From the NCBI GenBank assembly GCA_050948905.1, contig JBMNES010000001.1:896129-960128 (forward strand): 64,000 bases of DNA, in the 5' to 3' direction. The notes below the pieces were generated by a model. That model saw only the letters and a list, made by a program, of their open reading frames with translations, did not search any database and had not been told where the DNA came from. Positions 18,902-26,589 of the stretch are shown one piece after another. The DNA is from Armatimonadota bacterium (lineage in GTDB: Bacteria; Armatimonadota; UBA5829). The position numbers and the translations under genes are program-made. Every line of letters starts with the position of its first letter. The stretch's first letter is position 1.

Positions 18902-20731
18902 TTGTTTCCCTTAATTAGGAGACTGTTGTTTGGTCGGCCGTTGGCAAGCGCGCGTGAGTCTCAGGAGCGGCTGCCAAAATTTCTGGCTTTGCCGGTGTTC
19001 GCATCTGACGCGGTGTCATCTGTGGCGTATGGCCCGGAAGAGATGCTGTTGGCTCTGATGGTAGCGGGTGCAGTCGCTTGGACGGTGTCGCTTTATGTCG
19101 GTCTGGCGATTGCGTTTTTGATAGTTATAGTAACTATCTCCTACAGACAGACGATTTTCGCGTATCCTCAGGGCGGCGGCAGCTACTCCGTATCCAAAGA
19201 AAATCTCGGCACAAACTATGCCCTGGTCGCTGCGGCTGCTTTGTTGACTGACTATGTTTTGACCGTAGCGGTAAGTATTGCCTCTGGGGTGTTCGCATTC
19301 GTCTCTGCGTATCCGCAATGGGCACAATATAGAACTGAGATATGTGTAGTCTGCATATTCCTGGTGGCTTTAGCCAATTTACGAGGGGTGCGCGAGTCGG
19401 GGGCGTTGTTTGCGGGGCCGATGTATTTATTTACGGGCAGCCTGGCGATAATGTGCGTGGTAGGGCTATACAAAGTCTTATCCGGTGCTCCTATCAATTA
19501 TATCAATCCTCCATCCGAGCATATGCCGATTACCCACACTTTAGGAATGCTATTGATTTTGAGAGCGTTTTCTAATGGATGTTCGGCTATGACTGGTATT
19601 GAATCTGTCGCGGTCGGTGTGCCTGCGTTCAAACCGCCCGAATCAAGGAATGCGGCTACGATTATGAGTTGGATGGCGGGCATATTGATTTGCCTGGTTT
19701 TGGGGATCACTTTTCTTGCGCACGCTTACAGGGTCTTCCCGTCCGCCGAAGAGTCCGTGCTTTCTCAGATGGCCCGGAGCATTCTGGGCAGAGGCGCGTT
19801 GTATTTGATTATCCAGATATCGACGTTTCTGGTTTTAGTGTTGGCGGCGAATACGGCATTTCAAGGTTTTCCGAGGCTGGCCTCCATATTGGCACGGGAC
19901 CGCTACGCGCCCAGGCAGCTTGCCAATGTAGGTGACAGGCTTGTATTTTCAAACGGTATAGTGCTGCTGGCGGCTGTGGCGGCTGGTTTGTTGATAAAAT
20001 TCCACGGAGATGTGCACCTGTTGATCCCGCTGTATGCGGTAGGCGTATTTGTTTCGTTTACGTTGTCGCAGACGGGTATGGGCTTCCGGACGATGCGTAT
20101 GAAACACAAGGGCTGGCGGCTGCACGCTGGGATTAGCTTTACGGGAGCCACTGCCACTTTCCTGGTCGCGCTAATAATATCGATAACGAAGTTTGTGGAA
20201 GGCGCTTATATCGCCATAGCTTTGATATTGGCGCTTGTGTACATCTTTCACAAGATACACCAGCATTATATAACACTCGGCAATCAACTCCGATTGACGC
20301 CGGAGACCTTTGAGGAACCTGCCGCGGTGCGGTCAACTGCGATCGTGTTGACTTCCAGTATTCACAAGGGTATCCTTCCCGCGTTAGAATATGCGCGCAC
20401 TCTCAGCCATGACTGTCGTGCTTTGTTTATAGAGATAGACCCCATCGAAACCGCTTTGATTAGAGAACGATGGGAAAAGTATGGCCTGGGGGTGCCGCTG
20501 GTGATATTGGAATCCCCATATCGATCGGTGGTGGCGCCGATTTTGGCGTACCTTAGAGAAGTGAAAAAGGAAAGGCCGAACTATGTGGTGACGGTGGTGT
20601 TGCCGGAGTTTGTTCCGCGAAAGTGGTGGCACAAACTGCTGCACAATCAATCCGGGCTGTTTTTGAAAATCGCCCTGATGCTGCAGCGCGACATCGTCTT
20701 TACCAACGTTCGTTACTATGTAGAGAGATAG
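18902..20731 (+). CDS. kimA: KimA/YdaO-type APC-superfamily potassium transporter
   Basis: SDAVSSVAYGPEE, YPQGGGSY, LIPLYAVGVF, ESPYR and LLHNQS motifs; 609 aa. Confidence 0.85.
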   Translation: MFPLIRRLLFGRPLASARESQERLPKFLALPVFASDAVSSVAYGPEEMLLALMVAGAVAWTVSLYVGLAIAFLIVIVTISYRQTIFAYPQGGGSYSVSKENLGTNYALVAAAALLTDYVLTVAVSIASGVFAFVSAYPQWAQYRTEICVVCIFLVALANLRGVRESGALFAGPMYLFTGSLAIMCVVGLYKVLSGAPINYINPPSEHMPITHTLGMLLILRAFSNGCSAMTGIESVAVGVPAFKPPESRNAATIMSWMAGILICLVLGITFLAHAYRVFPSAEESVLSQMARSILGRGALYLIIQISTFLVLVLAANTAFQGFPRLASILARDRYAPRQLANVGDRLVFSNGIVLLAAVAAGLLIKFHGDVHLLIPLYAVGVFVSFTLSQTGMGFRTMRMKHKGWRLHAGISFTGATATFLVALIISITKFVEGAYIAIALILALVYIFHKIHQHYITLGNQLRLTPETFEEPAAVRSTAIVLTSSIHKGILPALEYARTLSHDCRALFIEIDPIETALIRERWEKYGLGVPLVILESPYRSVVAPILAYLREVKKERPNYVVTVVLPEFVPRKWWHKLLHNQSGLFLKIALMLQRDIVFTNVRYYVER

Positions 20732-20732
20732 A

Positions 20733-21926
20733 ATGATAATCGAGGCTCGCGACGATACAATAACTTTGCGCGGGGAGGTGAAATCCAACATCTGGCCCGC
20801 GATTCAAGCTGCTGCAGCACTGCTGCTGGAAAATCACCCGACTGGGATAATAATAGATGGATCGCCGATAACCAAGATCACGGCGAAGGGCGCGGAGACG
20901 TTTTCCGACGCGTTCGCATTTATCGCATCTCAAAATGCGCGGATTATGGTTGTGGGGCTTACCGATGAGGAGATCGAGATCGGCAAGACCGTGCCGGGGG
21001 TAAGGTCGCAGTTGCCGATAGCTGCGACTATTGAGGAGGCCAGATATTCGCTGGAAATAGGCGAGGCGAAACCGCGCAGGGGAAAGGCTCAGACTGCCGG
21101 AGTTGTGCCGATGCTGGGAAACTGGAAAAGGGCGGTCTATTTTGCGGATAAACTTGCTATCGGCGAGAACTGCGAGATACATCTTGTAGACCTTATCCGT
21201 GTGCCGTGGACTTTGCCTTTAGGCAGCCCGCTTCCTGACCGTGAAGCGCAGGGCCAGAAGCGGTTGGAGGAAGGACAGGGGTTAGTTAAGCAGACGGGTC
21301 TGTCGAGCTTTGCTCACGTCCAACGGGTGCGCTCTGGCACGGAACTGGGCGAGTTTGCGGAGAAATTAGGCGCGAATTTCGCCTTGACCAGCATCGACGA
21401 CTGTGGGGATGATTGTCTGAAGATGGAGCAATCGGAGGCGTTGTCTCTTCAGGAGGCGGCCCCTTTGGAGGTTTCTTTAATAAAGGGTTCCCCTGAGAAT
21501 CCAACTCAGCCCGCACTTAATGTCGTCGTTCCTGCGACTGGTGCGTGGAGCCTGGCAGTTCAGCATGCCTGCAAACTCGTAGAGGGTGAGCCTAACGCGA
21601 AGGTTACGGTGGTCTCGATAATTGCCATACCTCGTAGTCAGGCGCTGGATACTCCGAAGCCCGACGCCGATGCGGCTGCGGCGGATTGCGCCAGAGAAGC
21701 GAATCGGATAGGAAAAAGGTATGGTGTCGCCATAAATCACGTCTCGGAGAGGGTGCGCGACTCGGTTTTGGGATTCCTTAAAATAGTAGAAGAGGGCAAA
21801 TTTGACCTGGCGGTAGTAGGGCTGCGCCGTGAATCTACCGGGGATTTCCATCTTGCGCAGTCTGTGGCTCTCACACTAATCAACAAGCTGCCTTGTGAGG
21901 TTATGTCGTTCAGGCAGGCGCGATAG
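20733..21926 (+). CDS. STAS-like domain plus two universal stress protein (USP) domains
   Basis: N-terminal ITLRGEV...IIIDGSPITKITAKG (STAS-like); two repeats of VVP...A...A.KL...I.VP..L; FDLAVVG and LPCEV. Confidence 0.65.
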   Translation: MIIEARDDTITLRGEVKSNIWPAIQAAAALLLENHPTGIIIDGSPITKITAKGAETFSDAFAFIASQNARIMVVGLTDEEIEIGKTVPGVRSQLPIAATIEEARYSLEIGEAKPRRGKAQTAGVVPMLGNWKRAVYFADKLAIGENCEIHLVDLIRVPWTLPLGSPLPDREAQGQKRLEEGQGLVKQTGLSSFAHVQRVRSGTELGEFAEKLGANFALTSIDDCGDDCLKMEQSEALSLQEAAPLEVSLIKGSPENPTQPALNVVVPATGAWSLAVQHACKLVEGEPNAKVTVVSIIAIPRSQALDTPKPDADAAAADCAREANRIGKRYGVAINHVSERVRDSVLGFLKIVEEGKFDLAVVGLRRESTGDFHLAQSVALTLINKLPCEVMSFRQAR

Positions 21927-21931
21927 GGGTT

Positions 21932-22741
21932 TTGGTGGAGGATAAAAAGATAGAAGGATCGCGAATACGAGATGAGTTCGAGGCTCTGGTCGAGACGGTG
22001 GCGAAGCTGCGGGCACCGGACGGATGCCCGTGGGACAGGGAGCAGACTCATGTGTCGCTGAAAAAATATGCGATTGAAGAGACTTACGAGGTTCTGGAGG
22101 CGATAGACAGCGGAGATCCGGTTCAAGTCGAGGATGAACTGGGGGATTTGTTGCTGCAGGTGCTTCTGCACGCAGAGATAGCTCGTGAGAATAATCAGTT
22201 CGACATAGCAGATGTGTGCGCCACTATTCGCAAAAAGCTGCAGAGAAGACACCCGCACGTGTTCGCCGATGTGCAAGTTAACGGCGTCGATGACGTCTTG
22301 ACTAATTGGGATCAGATAAAAAGCACCGAACCCGGATATGAGGATCGTAAGTCGGTTCTTGACGGGGTGCCGAAAAGCCTGCCTGCCTTGATGCGTGCTG
22401 CTAAACTCAGCAAGAAAGCAGCACGAACAGGCTTCGATTGGCCAAACGTAGCCTCAATTTTCGATAAACTGCGAGAGGAATCGGATGAGCTTGAGCAGGC
22501 TGTTGAGTCTGCGGATAAGGGTCAGATTCGATCTGAAATCGGGGATATGCTGTTTACGATCGTCAACATAGCCCGGCACGAGGGCATCGACCCCGAGGAG
22601 GCGCTTCGAGAGATGCTGGACAGGTTCTCGTTCAGGTTCGGCAAAATCGAGCAGCACGCTGACAAATCGGGTAAGAATATATCTGAGATGACCTTGGCGG
22701 AGATGGACGAAATATGGGAGGCCGCTAAGGGCGAGCAGTAA
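21932..22741 (+). CDS. mazG: Nucleoside triphosphate pyrophosphohydrolase MazG
   Basis: GCPWDREQT, EETYEV, ELGDLLLQV, RRHPHVF and GFDW motifs. Confidence 0.95.
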   Translation: MVEDKKIEGSRIRDEFEALVETVAKLRAPDGCPWDREQTHVSLKKYAIEETYEVLEAIDSGDPVQVEDELGDLLLQVLLHAEIARENNQFDIADVCATIRKKLQRRHPHVFADVQVNGVDDVLTNWDQIKSTEPGYEDRKSVLDGVPKSLPALMRAAKLSKKAARTGFDWPNVASIFDKLREESDELEQAVESADKGQIRSEIGDMLFTIVNIARHEGIDPEEALREMLDRFSFRFGKIEQHADKSGKNISEMTLAEMDEIWEAAKGEQ

Positions 22742-22760
22742 AGCGAAAGGGGTCACGGCC

Positions 22761-23516
22761 GTGCGTGCGACGATTTTTCTGATCGCTATAATCTCTCTGG
22801 CCGGAACCGGTTCTGCGCAGCAAAGCGTTATGCAGGGCCTGCGGACCGATAAACCGTCTTATGGTCTTGGCGAGACCGTCGGTTTTGAGTATGCCATCCG
22901 CAACGATACCAACCAGGTCCTCAAATATTCGTTTACTTCGGGAAAGCAGTTCGATTTGTGGGTGTTGTGCGACGGGGGTGAGTGTTATCGTCTCAGCAAG
23001 CACATGTTCTACACCCAGGCGTTGACCTCTTTGACTCTTGGCCCAGGCGATACAAAGACCTATTGCGCTCGCTGGGATCAAAAGGACAACTCTGGCAGGC
23101 AGGTTGGGCCTGGCACATTCACCGTCTACGCGCAGCTCACCCCTTCCGACAATGCTCCTCCCGCCACATCGACAAGGGTTCAAATCGGGACCAAAACCGC
23201 CGCGCTGGTGCCTGTGACGATCAAGCAGGCTATAACGACTTTTGATGCGCTTGACGGCAAAATGGTGGTGATCTCGGCGGTGTATCGTGGTTTCCAGCCG
23301 AATCCGAAAGACACCAACGTACAGGATGGGCCACCTGAGACAAACCAGGACTGGGCTGTATGCGATGATACGGGGTGTATGTATGTCGTGGGAAAAAACC
23401 CTCTTGATCCGGTCAAAGATCGCGGCGTGGCTATCACAGTTATCGGCAAACTGAAAAAATCCGCAAAGGGGCAGGTCTATATGATTCTGCAGAGCGCGAC
23501 TACAGGCAGGCGATAG
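22761..23516 (+). CDS. Secreted BsuPI-like domain protein with C-terminal OB-like domain
   Basis: Signal peptide; TDKPSY..GE.V, FTSGKQFD, MFYTQAL and WDQKDNSG.QV.PG motifs. Confidence 0.65.
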   Translation: MRATIFLIAIISLAGTGSAQQSVMQGLRTDKPSYGLGETVGFEYAIRNDTNQVLKYSFTSGKQFDLWVLCDGGECYRLSKHMFYTQALTSLTLGPGDTKTYCARWDQKDNSGRQVGPGTFTVYAQLTPSDNAPPATSTRVQIGTKTAALVPVTIKQAITTFDALDGKMVVISAVYRGFQPNPKDTNVQDGPPETNQDWAVCDDTGCMYVVGKNPLDPVKDRGVAITVIGKLKKSAKGQVYMILQSATTGRR

Positions 23517-23578
23517 TTGTGCCTGGCCGCTAGACATTCGCGGAGGTTTTTGCGAGAATGTTTACGAGGTTATCTGAT

Positions 23579-23596
23579 TTGTGCGCAATGACACAA
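23579..23596. promoter_or_regulatory. Palindromic TTGTG-N8-CACAA site (Rex-like or CRP/FNR-like)
   Basis: TTGTGCGCAATGACACAA, ending 6 bp upstream of the hdr -35 box. Confidence 0.4.
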
Positions 23597-23602
23597 TTCA
23601 GC

Positions 23603-23631
23603 TTGACTGTCGTTACGTCCGGTGTTACCAT
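23603..23631 (+). promoter_or_regulatory. Sigma70 promoter of the hdr-flx operon
   Basis: TTGACT-17 bp-TACCAT with extended -10 TG. Confidence 0.55.
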
Positions 23632-23686
23632 AAGGTTGTGTGATACCTGAGAACGCTGTGTTCGGCTTTACGCCGGGCGGTAATAT

Positions 23687-24262
23687 ATGGAGAGCACGTT
23701 GAGTCTTGATCCCAAAGTAACCACTTCCTCGCCGAGTTCGCAGCTTGATTCCAATTTTAAGCAAGAAATACAAGCGATCTGCGGCGAAAACGTATTAAGC
23801 TGTTATCAATGCGGCGAATGCACCGGAGGTTGTCCGGTCGCGTTCAGTATGGACATAGCCCCCAACCAGGTTATTCGCATGGCCCAGGCTGGAATGAAGG
23901 ACGAGGTGTTGAGCAGCACGGCAATTTGGCTGTGTGCAGGCTGCGAGACGTGCGCCACGCGATGCCCCAGGGGTGTTGCGTTGTCCAAGATAATGGACGC
24001 CTGCAGGCAGATATCCGTAGCCGAGGGCAAGGTCAATCCGGAGCAGAAGAATGTGCTTAAAATGCACGAAGAGATGCTGCGGCAGATTAAGACCTTCGGT
24101 CGGGTGCATGAGATAAGCATGATAGCGGCGTTCAAAATGCGCACAGGCCGGTTCTTCGACGACGTGATCTCCGGGATAAATATGTTCCTGAAAGGCAAAC
24201 TCGGCCTGATCCCGGGCATCATCAAAGGCCGCAGGGAAGTGAAGGGGCTGTTTAAGGAATAG
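23687..24262 (+). CDS. hdrC: Heterodisulfide reductase subunit C
   Basis: CYQCGECTGGCP and WLCAGCETCATRCP 4Fe-4S motifs. Confidence 0.9.
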   Translation: MESTLSLDPKVTTSSPSSQLDSNFKQEIQAICGENVLSCYQCGECTGGCPVAFSMDIAPNQVIRMAQAGMKDEVLSSTAIWLCAGCETCATRCPRGVALSKIMDACRQISVAEGKVNPEQKNVLKMHEEMLRQIKTFGRVHEISMIAAFKMRTGRFFDDVISGINMFLKGKLGLIPGIIKGRREVKGLFKE

Positions 24263-24276
24263 GTGCGGCCAGCTAC

Positions 24277-24520
24277 GCTGTCATTGCCAGCGAGCTAAGC
24301 TGTCATTTCGAGCGAGCTAAGCTGTCATTTCGAGCGAGCTAGGCTGTCATTTCGAGCGAAGCGAGAAATCTGCTTTTAACAGGCTATGAATAAGAGTATC
24401 AGTATCGACACTGAGCATTATCAAATGCTGCGAGGAAATTAAAGGCCAATTTTAAGAATAAAGGCGGCCGAGCCTGCTGTCATTTCGAGCGAAGCGAGAA
24501 ATCTGCTTTTAACAGGCTAT
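24277..24520 (-). repeat. 22-nt tandem array and two copies of the GTCATTTCGAGCGAAGCGAGAAATC hairpin repeat
   Basis: GTCAT starts at 24280, 24302, 24324 and 24346; identical 45-bp direct repeat at 24343-24387 and 24476-24520. Confidence 0.92.
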
Positions 24521-24534
24521 AAAGGACAATAGAG

Positions 24535-24858
24535 GTGCCGACTAAAAAGCAGTATTATGTATATCTGCTATCCAATAAATCCAGAACGCTTTATGTCGGC
24601 GTTACAAGCAATTTAGAAAAACGTCTTTATGAGCACAAAAATAAACTGTGCCCTGGCTTTACTAGCAAATACAGTATAGATAGACTTGTGTATTTTGAAG
24701 TGTGTGACCGGGCAGAGGCTGCTATTGCCAGAAAAAAGCAAATTAAAGCGTGGTCGCGAGAAAAAAAGATTGCGTTAATTGAAGAGAATAATCGTGTTTG
24801 GTCAGACCTGAGTGATTGTTGGGAGCAAAAAGCAGATTTCTCGCTGCGCTCGAAATGA
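24535..24858 (+). CDS. Small GIY-YIG nuclease (YhbQ/UPF0213, Ssn-like)
   Basis: YYVYLL...LYVGVTSNLEKRLYEHK, GFTSKY and LVYFE motifs; AIARKKQIK in place of AIAREKQ.K; AT-rich. Confidence 0.9.
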   Translation: MPTKKQYYVYLLSNKSRTLYVGVTSNLEKRLYEHKNKLCPGFTSKYSIDRLVYFEVCDRAEAAIARKKQIKAWSREKKIALIEENNRVWSDLSDCWEQKADFSLRSK

Positions 24859-24859
24859 C
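24828..24859 (+). repeat. Hairpin repeat copy, inverted relative to the upstream copies; supplies the GIY-YIG stop codon
   Basis: AAAAGCAGATTTCTCGCTGCGCTCGAAATGAC with TGA at 24856-24858. Confidence 0.92.
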
Positions 24860-24971
24860 GTTGTTGCTCCAATCGAAATCACATCAGATGCGTTGGAAAC
24901 AACATCGTAGCTGCGCTGGATGCAAAATAAAAGGGCAGGCAAGATTTCGAAGAGGCAAGGAGGAGCAAGTG

Positions 24972-25190
24972 ATGCGGTTTACTGTTGTGGTCGAGCGCGA
25001 TCCTGCGGGCAAATATTCGCTTACGGTTCCGGCCCTGCCGGGATATGTCGCTTGTGGGGACACTGAAGAAGAAGTGATTGCTCTTGCCCGTGAAGGGATA
25101 CCATTTCACCTTGCGTGTCTTGCCGAAGAAGGTCTGCCCTCTACTGTGGATGGAGACGCAAAGGTATTGAGCCTGGAGATCGCGGCTTAA
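24972..25190 (+). CDS. HicB-family antitoxin-like protein (short, orphan)
   Basis: MRFTVVVERD..GKY..TVPALPG....GDTEEE......EGI..HL..L pattern; AGGAG RBS. Confidence 0.8.
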   Translation: MRFTVVVERDPAGKYSLTVPALPGYVACGDTEEEVIALAREGIPFHLACLAEEGLPSTVDGDAKVLSLEIAA

Positions 25191-25243
25191 CGTTATTGCA
25201 GCTTTCAATAATTATATAAAAACTCAAAACTAAGGATTTTCGC

Positions 25244-26131
25244 ATGAACTATGCATATTTCCCGGGCTGCAGCCTGGAATCGACGGCAAAGGAGTTTCAT
25301 AGCTCCACGACTCTGGTCGCGGAGGCGTTGGGAATCGGGCTTCAAGAGATTCCGGATTGGAACTGCTGCGGGGCGACCTCGGCGCACAATCTTGACCATG
25401 ATCTGAGCATTTCTCTGCCCGCGCGCAACCTTGGTATCGCAGAGCGTATGAAGATGGACGTTGTCGCGCCGTGTGCGGCTTGTTATAACCGGATGCGCTC
25501 TGCTGAAGTCGAGTTAAAATCTAATCAGACCCTGCGTGATGACATCAACTCGAAGCTGGAAAAGAAGTTTACCGGTGAGATTTCGGTGTATTCGGCTCTG
25601 GAGGTGTTTACCCAGCCGGAAGTGCTGCAAAGGGTGTCTGAGAATCTGCGAAAGCCGCTGACCGGGCTGAAACCTGCCTGTTATTACGGCTGCCTGCTTG
25701 TTCGACCGCCTAAGGTGATGGGCTTCGACGATGCCGAAGAACCGGTTAGTATGGATGAAGCGATGAAGACTGTCGGCGCGGAGCCGATTGAGTGGTTCTT
25801 CAAAAACGAATGCTGCGGGGCGAGTTTTGGGATATCCAGAAGCAGCATAGTCGCTGAGTTGACCGGCAAGATTATCTCTAACGCGAAGCAGCACGGGGCC
25901 AATTGTATCGTAACCGCGTGTCCGCTGTGTATGACTAACCTTGAGATGAGGCAGGCGGCTGCCGGCAAAATGCGCGGAGAGGACCTGGCGATGCCGATTT
26001 TCTTCTTCACCGAACTGCTCGGCCTCGCTATGGAGGTACCTGGCATTAAGAAATGCTTCGCGTCTCACCTCGTCGACGTAAACCCTGCGCTGGATCTCAT
26101 TGGCAAGGAGCCTGTCGAAGTAGAGAGCTGA
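25244..26131 (+). CDS. hdrB: Heterodisulfide reductase subunit B
   Basis: YFPGCSL, WNCCGA, YYGCLLVRP, ECCGA and ACPLC (CCG domains). Confidence 0.93.
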   Translation: MNYAYFPGCSLESTAKEFHSSTTLVAEALGIGLQEIPDWNCCGATSAHNLDHDLSISLPARNLGIAERMKMDVVAPCAACYNRMRSAEVELKSNQTLRDDINSKLEKKFTGEISVYSALEVFTQPEVLQRVSENLRKPLTGLKPACYYGCLLVRPPKVMGFDDAEEPVSMDEAMKTVGAEPIEWFFKNECCGASFGISRSSIVAELTGKIISNAKQHGANCIVTACPLCMTNLEMRQAAAGKMRGEDLAMPIFFFTELLGLAMEVPGIKKCFASHLVDVNPALDLIGKEPVEVES

Positions 26132-26139
26132 AGGTCGAA

Positions 26140-26322
26140 ATGAAGACTGAGTTCACGCTTGAATATTGGACGGACGAAGGCTGGTGCGTAGGCCGGCTCA
26201 AGGAAGTGCCGGGAGTATTCAGCCAGGGCGAGAATTTGGAAGAGTTGATCGCTAACATACAGGAAGTCTATCGGCTAATGAAAGAAGATATGCCGCGGCA
26301 TGACATACACAGTGGTACTTGA
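26140..26322 (+). CDS. HicB-family protein (short, orphan)
   Basis: FTLEYWTDEGWCVGRLKEVPGVFSQGENLEELIANIQE. Confidence 0.75.
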   Translation: MKTEFTLEYWTDEGWCVGRLKEVPGVFSQGENLEELIANIQEVYRLMKEDMPRHDIHSGT

Positions 26323-26515
26323 GCGTGAAGACGATGGTGGTTACAATGCTTTCGCCCCGGCCTTGCAGGGCTGCAATAGCCAAGGTGATACTCTGGATGA
26401 GGTGAAAGTAAATATTCGAGAGGCGATTGAGCTATATTTAGAGAGCCTTAAAGCTGCTGGGGAGCCTTTTCCTGATGACGACGTTCAAATATTGCCGATT
26501 GAGGTAGCTGTTTAG
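26300..26515 (+). CDS. HicB-family protein (short, orphan)
   Basis: MTYTVVLEREDDGGY.A.APALQGC.SQGDTLDE...NIREAIELYLE. Confidence 0.85.
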   Translation: MTYTVVLEREDDGGYNAFAPALQGCNSQGDTLDEVKVNIREAIELYLESLKAAGEPFPDDDVQILPIEVAV

Positions 26516-26589
26516 GTAATAACCCAGGCACTCTGCGCAATGGTGGCCGGGTGCTGCAAAACTGATAACTAAGAAACAGAGAACTAACT

